From: Phallusia mammillata
Lineage: Eukaryota
Reading direction: 5' to 3'
DNA: 64,000 nt
Assembly: GCA_965637545.1 (NCBI GenBank)
Contig: OZ281494.1
Coordinates: forward strand, 3,534,001-3,598,000
Below the pieces are notes generated by a model. That model had not been told where the DNA came from. It saw only the letters and a list, made by a program, of their open reading frames with translations, and made no database searches. Below, one piece after another: positions 50,190-62,643 of this stretch. The stretch's first letter is position 1. Each line of letters starts with the position of its first letter. Made by a program: the position numbers and the translations under genes.

Positions 50190-51964
50190 TTTCTTGATTT
50201 CTTGATTTCTTGATTTCTTGATTTCTTGATTTCTTGATTTCTTGATTTCTTGATTTCTTGATTTCTTGATTTCTTGATTTCTTGATTTCTTGATTTCTTG
50301 ATTTCTTGATTTCTTGATTTCTTGATTTCTTGATTTCTTGATTTCTTGATTTCTTGATTTCTTGATTTCTTGATTTCTTGATTTCTTGATTTCTTGATTT
50401 CTTGATTTCTTGATTTCTTGATTTCTTGATTTCTTGATTTCTTGATTTCTTGATTTCTTGATTTCTTGATTTCTTGATTTCTTGATTTCTTGATTTCTTG
50501 ATTTCTTGATTTCTTGATTTCTTGATTTCTTGATTTCTTGATTTCTTGATTTCTTGATTTCTTGATTTCTTGATTTCTTGATTTCTTGATTTCTTGATTT
50601 CTTGATTTCTTGATTTCTTGATTTCTTGATTTCTTGATTTCTTGATTTCTTGATTTCTTGATTTCTTGATTTCTTGATTTCTTGATTTCTTGATTTCTTG
50701 ATTTCTTGATTTCTTGATTTCTTGATTTCTTGATTTCTTGATTTCTTGATTTCTTGATTTCTTGATTTCTTGATTTCTTGATTTCTTGATTTCTTGATTT
50801 CTTGATTTCTTGATTTCTTGATTTCTTGATTTCTTGATTTCTTGATTTCTTGATTTCTTGATTTCTTGATTTCTTGATTTCTTGATTTCTTGATTTCTTG
50901 ATTTCTTGATTTCTTGATTTCTTGATTTCTTGATTTCTTGATTTCTTGATTTCTTGATTTCTTGATTTCTTGATTTCTTGATTTCTTGATTTCTTGATTT
51001 CTTGATTTCTTGATTTCTTGATTTCTTGATTTCTTGATTTCTTGATTTCTTGATTTCTTGATTTCTTGATTTCTTGATTTCTTGATTTCTTGATTTCTTG
51101 ATTTCTTGATTTCTTGATTTCTTGATTTCTTGATTTCTTGATTTCTTGATTTCTTGATTTCTTGATTTCTTGATTTCTTGATTTCTTGATTTCTTGATTT
51201 CTTGATTTCTTGATTTCTTGATTTCTTGATTTCTTGATTTCTTGATTTCTTGATTTCTTGATTTCTTGATTTCTTGATTTCTTGATTTCTTGATTTCTTG
51301 ATTTCTTGATTTCTTGATTTCTTGATTTCTTGATTTCTTGATTTCTTGATTTCTTGATTTCTTGATTTCTTGATTTCTTGATTTCTTGATTTCTTGATTT
51401 CTTGATTTCTTGATTTCTTGATTTCTTGATTTCTTGATTTCTTGATTTCTTGATTTCTTGATTTCTTGATTTCTTGATTTCTTGATTTCTTGATTTCTTG
51501 ATTTCTTGATTTCTTGATTTCTTGATTTCTTGATTTCTTGATTTCTTGATTTCTTGATTTCTTGATTTCTTGATTTCTTGATTTCTTGATTTCTTGATTT
51601 CTTGATTTCTTGATTTCTTGATTTCTTGATTTCTTGATTTCTTGATTTCTTGATTTCTTGATTTCTTGATTTCTTGATTTCTTGATTTCTTGATTTCTTG
51701 ATTTCTTGATTTCTTGATTTCTTGATTTCTTGATTTCTTGATTTCTTTATTTCTTTATTTCTTGATTTCTTGATTTCTTGATTTCTTGATTTCTTGATTT
51801 CTTGATTTCTTGATTTCTTGATTTCTTGATTTCTTGATTTCTTGATTTCTTGATTTCTTGATTTCTTGATTTCTTGATTTCTTGATTTCTTGATTTCTTG
51901 ATTTCTTGATTTCTTGATTTCTTGATTTCTTGATTTCTTGATTTCTTGATTTCTTTATTTCTTT
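50190..51964 (+). repeat. (TTTCTTGA)n octamer array, about 220 units, with a few TTTCTTTA variants near the right end
   Basis: Read directly from the sequence. The array runs into the assembly gap. Confidence 0.98.
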
Positions 51965-52448
51965 NNNNNNNNNNNNNNNNNNNNNNNNNNNNNNNNNNNN
52001 NNNNNNNNNNNNNNNNNNNNNNNNNNNNNNNNNNNNNNNNNNNNNNNNNNNNNNNNNNNNNNNNNNNNNNNNNNNNNNNNNNNNNNNNNNNNNNNNNNNN
52101 NNNNNNNNNNNNNNNNNNNNNNNNNNNNNNNNNNNNNNNNNNNNNNNNNNNNNNNNNNNNNNNNNNNNNNNNNNNNNNNNNNNNNNNNNNNNNNNNNNNN
52201 NNNNNNNNNNNNNNNNNNNNNNNNNNNNNNNNNNNNNNNNNNNNNNNNNNNNNNNNNNNNNNNNNNNNNNNNNNNNNNNNNNNNNNNNNNNNNNNNNNNN
52301 NNNNNNNNNNNNNNNNNNNNNNNNNNNNNNNNNNNNNNNNNNNNNNNNNNNNNNNNNNNNNNNNNNNNNNNNNNNNNNNNNNNNNNNNNNNNNNNNNNNN
52401 NNNNNNNNNNNNNNNNNNNNNNNNNNNNNNNNNNNNNNNNNNNNNNNN
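51965..52448. other. Assembly gap (484 N)
   Basis: Run of N. Confidence 1.
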
Positions 52449-55400
52449 CTAGAAACTTTCAATAAAATTACAGAACTTTCTGCTGACGGCCTGAAGCATT
52501 TTGTGTGGTGTTCCACTGAGTAAAAAGAATGTGGCGCGGACTAGACGAAAGTTCAGATGCAATGAAAATGACATGTGTTGATGTTATGTAATAATCCTAA
52601 TGCAAAAGAAAAAAGAAACTAACTATAAAACGTTTTAACCAGTTTCATTCAAGCAAGGTATTGTATTTGCACGGATTGAAGTTTTGTGGATACAATATGG
52701 CAAGGTGAATGCAAAATTGTGAAAAAGTGTCTTTAACATTCGGAAAAGGATAGTTCCTTGCCGGCTAAGCTATTTGCTGTAAAGGTAGCTGTTGCAAAGT
52801 AATACCAAACGCTATTAGCACTGCAAAAATAGCATGTTCTAAACCCTTAACAACATCATGCTTTTTGTTACATGTTTTGGTCAACGTCAGAAGCACACAA
52901 CCACGTATAAAGACTGGAGGTTGGACGTTCCTAAGTACTTTACTGAGTTCTTGTATTATAGTACTATGTGTCAAATTACTACTGTAAACGGCGTGTTGAC
53001 TGTTAATTTCATGTAATTTACATTGATAAGACAAATGTATTCATAAATTTAATATATTTTAATATTATAATGGGTCACTAGTTGACTATGATGGACGTGT
53101 TTGCAAATGTTTAATAAAATTCTTTTTTTGGCAAATTGCACGAATTTCACGCAATTTTAACTGACATTTACTTGTAGTGATCATCGTTTTCCTGGGTATT
53201 GCATGTTTAGAAGTGGCGGGATCTGTGGATGCAAAACAGAGGCGGTTTGCTGCAGCGCTTCATGAGAGCTTAAATATGTTGTGCAACACATACTCTGTAC
53301 GTATTATTACAACAGTTTTGTGAGTATTTTAACGTGTCCGTCTATTTTAATATGGATTTTTTTAAATTGTACCCTCAAAACGACAGTTTAAGTTTGAGAT
53401 TTTAGACATATAATTTTATCAGAGAAGTCAAAACCGCAATTTTTGTTCTTGAACAAATAGTACTGCCAAGGCAAAGTTAATGACTTAAATCGCACTTTTC
53501 ACATAAATACAAAATAAAAACATTTTTATGTAGGTCGAATCTCAAGCTGTTTGCAAGTCTGTTTCACAATTGAATTGGATTCCACATCCAAGAAATATTA
53601 GAGACGTAGGTTTCTCGTTGTCCATTTGTATTAAAACAATACTCTGACGATTGTTTGTTTAGATGAAGTGCGACTCAAATCGTATGCAACCGGTAATTGA
53701 AAAATTACGTCAAACATGCGTTAAAATTTGCCAAATCAAGGCTTCACGAGTCCCACCCCAGGACAGCATTTTAAGGTATGCAGGCAAAATTAGATACTAA
53801 AACAAAAATTTTATTTTATTTAATTATTTCTAAAACTATTTTATTTTTGGCCGACCCTGGCAACGTAAAATCTAAAATCCGCAATGAAAAAAGATATTAT
53901 ATGTTTTTGAATAAATATTCCTATGGGTTACATATATTATGTAGAACAACTTATGTTATCTTACCCTAATTTGTAAACTTTTAATTTAGATATATACATT
54001 TTTTATCACACCTTTAGAACAACCCACCTTGCATTCTGGGCCAACATTACAATGGTTTGCGAACATCATCTTTCCCCCAATGTCATTCAATTTTGCTTGG
54101 TAAGAGCATCTCAAGATGCAACCAGTGTTTAAGGATCACAATTTGTTTCTGAAAAAATGAATTTATTTAGAAAAACGAAACGGAATTGCACTGCGACCAA
54201 CTGGCAACGAATGGCACTCGTAGAAACGATGAAATAGCTTTGGTGGGTTTCGATTAAATGGAGTATGTATGAGTTGTAGTGTGTTTAAACTCTTTCGTGG
54301 CGTCGATATTTAGAGAACGTGCGTCCTTCTTTACCCCAAGCGGCTATATTTAGACGGAAAATAAAATCGCCATAACAACGAGAACACAAACTGTAACCGC
54401 ACAAAACTGCCTTTAGTGAAATGCAATTGGATAGAAAACAAATTCTCCTGCAAAAAAAGAAATGAAATTTACTAAAAAAAGTAGGCATTTTTGCCCTTTT
54501 TACCTGTAGCGCTATTAACACAGGAACTCAAAGTACGCCGGTTTGGCAATTTCTGATAAGTGGTTCAACGAAGCATAGGTGTATACTATACTTTGACAAT
54601 AATTGCTGAGTCAGCATTTTGCTAAATTCTATGTTTATACCTCTACCATTTTTAACATGTCATTTGCAATCCAGCCAGTAAAACGCCCTAAAATTAGGTT
54701 ATAAGTATTTCATTTTCAACCACACCTCAAAGTAGACATTTTGCCATAAGCAAACTAAAATTGCCTGCTGAGTTTGCGATTTGTGTGTATATTTAGATTT
54801 TCCTAGAATTTTGTTTATAATTCTCAGGAAGAAGTTCAACCAGTTCTACAGAAGACTGTTCAACTCATTCATAAAATTCAGTGTCTTTCCCTGACATTCA
54901 GCCACCAGCGTGCAAACCGTCGACAACAACCAATTTGGAACTGAAAACAACCAAATTAATTTACAAAAGCCTGCTATTGCTTTGTTAATACGCTTGTGCT
55001 TTTTCATGGCATAGCCATACCGTATCATTAAAATAAAAAAGTAACGCTATTAAACGAAAGAAACATACAATTACAAATGACTGTATAAAAACGTCGCCAA
55101 ACAAACAAGCTAACACCTTTCAAATGACAGCGACATACCAAATATTTGCTTGACCTAATGTTGGGTCGTGCTCGTTACACAAAGCATGCTTCAAATGCAG
55201 CCTTGTAACTTGCCATGCTTCTTTGCTTTCTGCGTATAGTTGCACAGAAAATTATTCATTGCTCATCAAAAAGTGAAGAGTAAATCTGAATCAAGAATTT
55301 GTTGTGACTAATTTTCAAAATTAATTCCAAGCCACAAAATGAAGTTGTTTTCTCATCTAAATTATAATTTGTCACAAGCTTGGTATTTCCGTAAATACAA

Positions 55401-57361
55401 CATGTGCTGTGTTTTGTGTCAAATACCGTATTGGGACTTTTTAGGTATAAGTAAACCGCTCGTTCTTTTACAATGTATTGCAATGCGTAATGTCATCACA
55501 TTAAATGCATAATATTAACATAAAAGTAAACTTAATAAACTGATGTTGCAATGGACATGTCCGAGAAATTCCTGACGTCTGGTAACCATATGGTGTAAAT
55601 TAAATGAGGCTTTAAAAATGTCAACAAAAACCAGATTTACAAAGCAGTCATCAGGCCTATGGCCAAAATCCATAGAAAACACAAGTTGTGGGGATGAAAA
55701 TGGGCGAAATTAGCGCGAATTTTGCATTGCGCCTTATGGGGCCGATTTATAAAATGATTAATTTGGATACTTTTGCGGTGTTTGATTTTGCAATTTCTGC
55801 AAAATTTTGAATAAAAATATAACTACGCTTAACTTATAATGTTTAAATGGAACTGATGAACATGAAATAGAGTTTAAATTAGGTTTTAGCGGGTAAATTT
55901 TCCAGTAGATATACATGTAGCCTACTTAAGTCCCGAAAGATAAAAAGGTTGTGATGTATATTCATCTAAAATTGGAATAAATAGTTTGACCAAGGTCCTC
56001 TAAGGTCAGAAAAGTCATGACGTAATAGTGACGTCATCGTTTATTTACTGCATTTTGACGCTTTTAGCACATACTGAATTTTGAAAGCTTTTGGTACTAC
56101 CTTTGAAGGTGTTGCACAATCTTTCCCTCTTTTTTTAATTTTTTTGAAAGATATTTCACACTTTTTAGTGATAAAAATATTTATTGCATTAATTAAGGTC
56201 TATATACCATGTTGAATATGTGTACTGTCATATGCAACACAACCACAAGAAAAAATGCAATATAAACAAATACAACTAACATTGATGCATAAAACAACCA
56301 ATATCAACAAAATTGTTAAATCTTCTTGAATCTATTCACCTGTACAGCACAAAAAGTCTCGTGGGAAATTTTGCATCCAAAGTGGCACTTTTTTCATTTA
56401 TTTCAGTTTCAGCTGATACTTCCCACAATACATGTTATGTGAGGATATCACAAAAAATCCAAATGATTTCATTAAGGGCATAAAATAACATGCAAGAATT
56501 ATTAGCATTTTTCAAAATTGGTGATTCCATAAAATCAAAAAAGTCAAAAGTCAAAAAAAAGAGACACACTGCACAGTATGACATGTTTTTTTAAAGCTTC
56601 ATAAACTCAAACACAGTAGTTACATGAAGTCCAATAAATCCTGTGTCAGCCTTCTAAATGTCACAAAATTACATGTAAATCAATGAATGTTATTTGCCTT
56701 TCCATCTTGTTATGCATTACTATTTTATGTCATTATTTGTGTCTGTTTTAATCAAAATTGTTGCAAAATAAAACATTGGCATTTATGTTTTACTTTTTTC
56801 TGAGTCTATATGCCTGTTGGTATTGCAAGCCAGGAGCCATGCCAAACAGCAACTTCTTACACAGGTTTGGTGCCATGGGACACTAGATAATTCTTCTTCA
56901 GTAAGGATACTTTGAAATCAACGGCTTGTTCTTTTAAAAGCCCACCCATCCACCAGTTTCTTCATTATATTGGTGCACTTAACTGGCCACCAAACCACTT
57001 TTTTTACTATTTTAAGTTGCAAGTTTATATATATGAACACTTTATTCATCTTATCATAGAACTGTTAAATGTATTGCAAATTTATGTAGGTTTGCACTTT
57101 TTCCAGTAGCAAAAAAATAAGTATACCGTTAACCTAAATAAAGACTTTAAAAAGTATAACTTTGATAAACAAACTGCTTTGGTTAACACTTATATTTCTA
57201 AGTTTTTGAAATATCTGTACAATCAACATTTTTTATTACTAAAAACGGTCGGGATCATTTATATTTACTACACTTTATTCACAAATTTGCTAGCAAACGA
57301 TGCAGAAAATTTTTTTCGCTAAACTCGTGCCAATAAAACTGCTTTCCTGCAAACATTGTGC

Positions 57362-57385
57362 GTTGCCTGGCAACCAATGACGTCA
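57362..57385. promoter_or_regulatory. Composite RFX X-box / CCAAT / CRE element
   Basis: GTTGCCTGGCAAC (57362-57374), CCAAT (57374-57378) and TGACGTCA (57378-57385) overlap in tandem within a locally CpG-richer stretch. Confidence 0.5.
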
Positions 57386-58550
57386 TTTTTACGTCACGCA
57401 TAAATTTTCTTGTCAGCAAGGCAATTTAGAAATAAAAAATATTTAGTCGTTAAGCCAGGTTATTGAAAAAAACATCCAAAACCCTATCCTTTGCGTTGTT
57501 AAAAGCGTGCAAAGTCGCCCCTTTTCACGCTCCATGAATTCTCGTGCGACAACTTGTGTTTGATAGATAGACTTTGGCTATGGCGACACCAAAGTTTCGA
57601 ACATGGGTAATTCCCAAGTGCGCAAGACGAGTTTCTTTCCAGGCAATAGAAAATAGCTGAAGCGTTAACTCGTTTCATTGAAATGATTAGAATTTTTTGT
57701 TTTGGCCGTCCGACTGAACAATTCTTATCATAGTTGTTATCGCTTTAGTGAATAAGAACGATCTCAAATTGAGTTCTGAATAATACATGTAACAGAACTG
57801 ATATATAATTATTTCCTGTGATATGCTCTCTATAAATATATGTTACAAACAGTTTGTGCTGTTTAACGAAGTTATGACCATAACACAGTGATTCTTAAAC
57901 TGTGTGCTGCAGAATATTCGAGTACATGTCTCATTTCATGTCATTGCAGGGGTGACTGTTTGTGAGTGTGCATGACGATCTTATAAAACTATTTTTAAGA
58001 GTTTGCTTCTAAAAACAAACTCATACATCGCATCGCAGTGGCAAAGAATTTTTGTAAACAATGATTATGACGTCAGTGGCGAATCAAGCAGAAACTTTTT
58101 AAAAAGGCAGGGTTTTGTTTGTACTTTTATTATTTTGGGGAGGGGGTGGAAGAGGTGTGAGTTATGGGGTCGAATACGAGCTTCACACAATTAGAAGGGG
58201 AGCCTTTAAGCTACTTCACTGCTTGGGGTTGTGACACTTCTTAATTCATTTGTTGTTGATTGTGTACAATTGAATAAATCGGTTGCTGTTATAGTTATAC
58301 AGATCTTCAAGCCTGGTCAAATCAGTGGTTCTTAACTTTGTTAAATTAGCAAAACATCAGGATTGTAGGCACCACTTTAAAATTCCTCATGTGCTCTCTT
58401 CTTTAAGCAATAGTTTAATTTTAGTATGATTTTTTAAAGGTGTACAAGTTAATTTAGGATCTTGCATATGTGTAAAATTACCAACTTTTCTACTCATCTT
58501 GTACAGACCCAAAATACTTTTTTTGCTTTATAATACTGAAGGTAATTCAA

Positions 58551-59288
58551 ATGGTAAGTGATACGCAAAACGAAGGCTAGCTTTTTACTTATTGACAAAT
58601 GTTTTAGCTCAGACAACTTGTTATCTGTAATTGTCTCAGAGAAATAAACTCGTACCACGTATATGATCAGATAGGTTCCTATCGTGGGTTTGAGCTAGAT
58701 TTTTTTAACCTATCTCTTATTATATGGGAATTATTGATATTTTTGATAACACTTTATGTATGTACCATGTCATCATTAATTTGTATTACGCTTAATTTTG
58801 GTCAATCATGGGTTACTTATGACATAATATTCGTTCAGAAATGGAAACGACGCAAAAGTAAATCCTATTTCAATCGCTTGGATGGAAAAGAAGATCTGCA
58901 TGAATGTTTTAAATACGGAACAGTTGTACTTGTATTTGAAATAATTATTTGCGTTTTAAACTACTTGTTCGGATTCCGAGCGTATGTGCTACTGTATTTT
59001 GTTGTTGTTTTGATTTTTACTTTTTTCTTAAATCTTGCAGACAAGTGCATTGCTTGCAACTATTGTTGTCATTCCTGTTGGCAAGTGCCAGAAAAGGTGT
59101 TGCACTTTTTCACACTGATTGATAGGGCACCTTCAACTGCTCTTGCGATGCACGATCGTTGTTTTCGACATAAATGCAGTAAACTGGAGTATCAGGTTGT
59201 TTTTGTAAAAGTTGCAAAACTATGTGTTTGCGTTTTGTGCAGTGTAATTATGATGTTTATCTTGTGTTTTTATTTGAGTAATCGTTGA
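58551..59288 (+). CDS. DUF1294/YsdA-like membrane protein, paralog C'; join(58551..58553,58839..59288), ~150 aa
   Basis: ADKCIAC...WQVPEKVLHFFTLIDRAPSTALAMHDRCFRHKCSK. ATG|gtaagt at 58554, ttcgttcag acceptor at 58837-58838, phase 0. The exon starts KW, like EW in paralog C. The ORF-track start at 58734 probably lies in the intron. Confidence 0.75.
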
Positions 59289-60981
59289 AAACACCAATAA
59301 AGCTTATTTCTACGAAACTGACTTGGTCTAATACGAAGATAATTTTTAATTTACCCGCTTTGTTGATGCAACCGAAGCACCATAGTACGCCAGGCCCATT
59401 GAAGGCGCCATACCGAATCAGCCGGTCACCAAGCATTCACCACCATATGGCAAGGCGTAGGCTAGAAAAATATATCGAACGGCGATGTGGTCTATTAGAT
59501 TTTCTTTTGGGAATTTAGCGCCCACCAAAAATGGTTTACATCTGTGTTTACCAATCAAAGCAGCAACTTTAGAATTTGTAGAATTACCCACTTACAGCAA
59601 AGGCGAAATCAGTCAGGCGTGGAGGGTAGCTAAGGAAAGCGCAAACACCTGAAAAGTCCCGCGCTCGAAACCGTGGTATGATGGTTGCCACAAGAATGAT
59701 ATTAGCTTTTTAGCAAAGAAACATCTACTTGGGGCCGACACTTGTTCATAATCTGCTGCAACACGATGTGATAGTCTAGTTTACAGTACTATATTAACAA
59801 ACTTTTGTAAACGTATTTTTTTCGTAAGGTCACAAACATATTTTTCCTGTTACGTTCACATAAAAAACCACCAATCAAAAACATGCTTATTTGTGATCCA
59901 AACAACATTAAAGTAATGGATCAAACCCACAATCATCAGGGCTTCAACTGAAGATCACTATACTTTACTTTTTTAACTATGAAACAGTAACCGACGACTA
60001 AATCATTAAATAGAACAGAATCGGTCAGTTTTAGGTAAGTTAACATATATTTTGCCTACATATACTATACACCTAGATTTTAGATAGATTTCCCCTAGAT
60101 AGATTCTTTCCTTGGATAACTATAACTTGTGTTTTGTAACATGTACGTCATTCCAACACGTGATAGGAGAAACATTTGCATTCCTACGTTACCCACCGCG
60201 CGTCGTTTTAATTTTCGCGCAATCTACTAAAATGTTCTGTGTTTGTTAAAAATGTGCCACGCCAACAATAAACTAACATAAAAACACTGATACTTATTGT
60301 GAATCTATACGAACAAGAGACAATGCTAATGAGAATAAAATATTATAGGTTTATTTTATAAATTGTGTTGACTGATTTTAAAACACAGCTGCAGATTGCA
60401 ATGCTCCATCGCTGTTGTTAAAATACAACCACAAATTCATAATCTAGTACGGATTAGAACTAACACACAAAAAAACATATAGCCAGTCACTCCAGTTTGT
60501 GGTGAGCAACAGGGTACAACCCCATACATCACCCAGTCTGTGCGATGCCACAACTGGGCATACAGCACAAATGAAACTGGCTCACAGTGGCCAAGCAACT
60601 GCTTGGGAACCACAGTGAAGTCGGCTTAGTGTCACAGTATCAATGTAAAAGCAAGTAAATATTGTTTTCCCAAATTGCTTTTACAGAGTAAATATTGTTT
60701 TCCCAAATTGGAGAACCAGTTTCCAATTGAGGTCTGAACACTGAACAACTGAGAGGTTTGGACAATTTCAACAGGTATTTACGAAGGCAAATCTACAATA
60801 AAGGTACGTGAACTCAGCTCAAAATTGTACTTGGTTTATGTAATCTACAGTTTGTATAGGTTTTTAATTGTAGCTAAGTTTAAAATTAATTTTGACATAC
60901 ATTTTTTGGTTGGTGCTCAAATGAGTCTTCACAAGTTTGAAAGTTTTTTATTAATATTGCATACTTTGTGTTTTCAGAACA

Positions 60982-61221
60982 ATGTCGTGCAACTTCACTG
61001 ACGATCCGGCTCCAATTATTTTAGCATTCATTGGGATATTTTGTTGTTTTGTCAACGCAACAGCCTTTCTTTTCACACTTCGCAGCAACACTCCACAAAA
61101 TGAACGTCGGAGTTTTGGAATCCGTGTGTATCGTGTACTGGGTGGATCTGGAATAGCAGCGGCAGAAATGCTGAAGGCAATGGGTTGCAGAAATGTTGAA
61201 AACAAAAATGGCCAAATGTAG
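60982..61221 (+). CDS. Short divergent DUF1294-like membrane protein, paralog B' (79 aa)
   Basis: Close paralog of 2146-2379, with the same ttttcag|aacaATG junction and homologous upstream (TAAATATTGTTTTCCCAAATTGG) and downstream flanks. Confidence 0.6.
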   Translation: MSCNFTDDPAPIILAFIGIFCCFVNATAFLFTLRSNTPQNERRSFGIRVYRVLGGSGIAAAEMLKAMGCRNVENKNGQM

Positions 61222-62149
61222 CAAGATAAATTTTGCTTTTGATCCTTCGTAGTGGTATAAAATATTACCTAATAAACGTTGTGAAATGCTCAATTGTAAT
61301 GTATGGTTTAAATTTGGTCATAAACTATAATTTTATCGAGTTTAGCTTTTTAAGTTGGGTTGGGTTTTATTTCGCTCGGTAAAAACATCGCAGTAACACA
61401 ATTGCACTAAAATATTCATCTTGCCAGAGATAGCTGCGCAACGTTGAGACGTCAGAGAGCTCGACAAAGTAGAGGGTATAGTTGGTGGGGATATGGTAAA
61501 CGCGCTGCAGCTACACCGTTATTATAAGCGTTATGTTGCGGGGAGGATTTTGCGTTGAGTTGAACAACATTAATTCACAACTACAAAATAGCAGAGAAGG
61601 TAAACCATTTTTATTGTCAACATTGAGGGCTTTGTTTCGACGTTGGACAAAAGCATTCGTTACCAGAAGCTCAGCGCGAAAGAATCATGTTTCCATTGAA
61701 TGTACATTGCACAATCAGGTGGTGTATATATATTTTCACAAAGGCGTCAGTCTTCTTCAGAAGGCGTCAGTCTTCTTTGGCGCGGTGTTAATAGAAAATT
61801 ATATACACAACAACTTTCCCAGAGAAAGTTTTTGCCTATCATCTATCGATTTTGCATCAAACCATGTCTAAACATTATTTTTTGTCAAAACAAATTCGGC
61901 AGTTAAAGTGTTTGTTTATGGCGCAACTGAAACAAAATAACACAAAAGACGGGAGTGAAGGAGTGAAGCGTATCAGAAACAACCAGTCAGTCCGGCGTTA
62001 AGCTGAGAGGGAAAATCTTTTTAACGGGACTATAGTTCCCACTGTCACGTGACCGAAACAAAAAATGGCAATTTTTATCTCAAAAACCAGTCTTACGTAA
62101 ATCTTTGTTGGTGCTTTCGGAGGCCACGTTAACTCAAAGCTATGCATGG

Positions 62150-62450
62150 ACGTGTGGTGTTTGTTTCGCTTTAATTAAAGAACAAGCTCACTGAGAACCA
62201 CTGTAAGCAACATGTGCATGCTGTGAAAACACATAAGTTCGTGTGCAGCATAGATTTTTATGTATCTGGACATACACACAAGTCTCCTTAGTACACTGAG
62301 AAACACTGTAGGCCAAATTAGATGTGTACGTTGTTACACAAACTATCTGTGGTCACACACTAGCTTGGAGCAACACGGACATTATTGTGCACAGGAAATA
62401 AACGCGCATTCCGCAAGAGGGCAGTGTAGAGGGAATATTGTTGACCGGAA
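62150..62450 (-). repeat. Inverted homolog of the 2670-3510 repeat block
   Basis: The reverse complement contains ACAATAATGTCCG..TTGCTCCAAGC.AGTGTGTGACC and ACATCTAAT, as at 2830-2980. Confidence 0.6.
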
Positions 62451-62643
62451 AACCTTTAAAGAAACTGACGTTGAGGTATGTTACGTTTGCCTGAATATTC
62501 GTGTGCGTGTAATTTTTATTATTTAACTTGTGCGATTGCGTTAAAATATATGATTTATAACATGTACAATAGTGAGAAGCAAAGGAATATCTGTTATATC
62601 GTGGCAGCTACAATTATAAATAATGCTAAATATTGTTAGCATC

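Noticed and set aside
50190-51964. Telomeric repeat or CRISPR-like array
   Set aside because: The unit is not G-rich TTAGGG-like, there are no spacers or cas genes, and unique sequence continues after the gap.
51755-52516. ORF-track proteins with KSRNQEIK repeats or poly-X
   Set aside because: These are translations of the octamer array and the N gap, not genes.
53225-53290. Insulin B-chain-like spacing (L-x-E-x-L-x-x-x-C)
   Set aside because: The first B-chain Cys-Gly is absent and no A-chain CC-x3-C-x8-C exon was found.
59595-59650. Minus-strand exon-like segment with canonical splice sites
   Set aside because: The neighbouring candidate exons are closed in all frames, so no gene model could be built.
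61427-61527. Frame reading ...SRGYSWWGYGKR, resembling an amidated neuropeptide precursor
   Set aside because: The homologous flank downstream of paralog B (~2565-2640) does not keep the peptide, and no signal-peptide exon was found.
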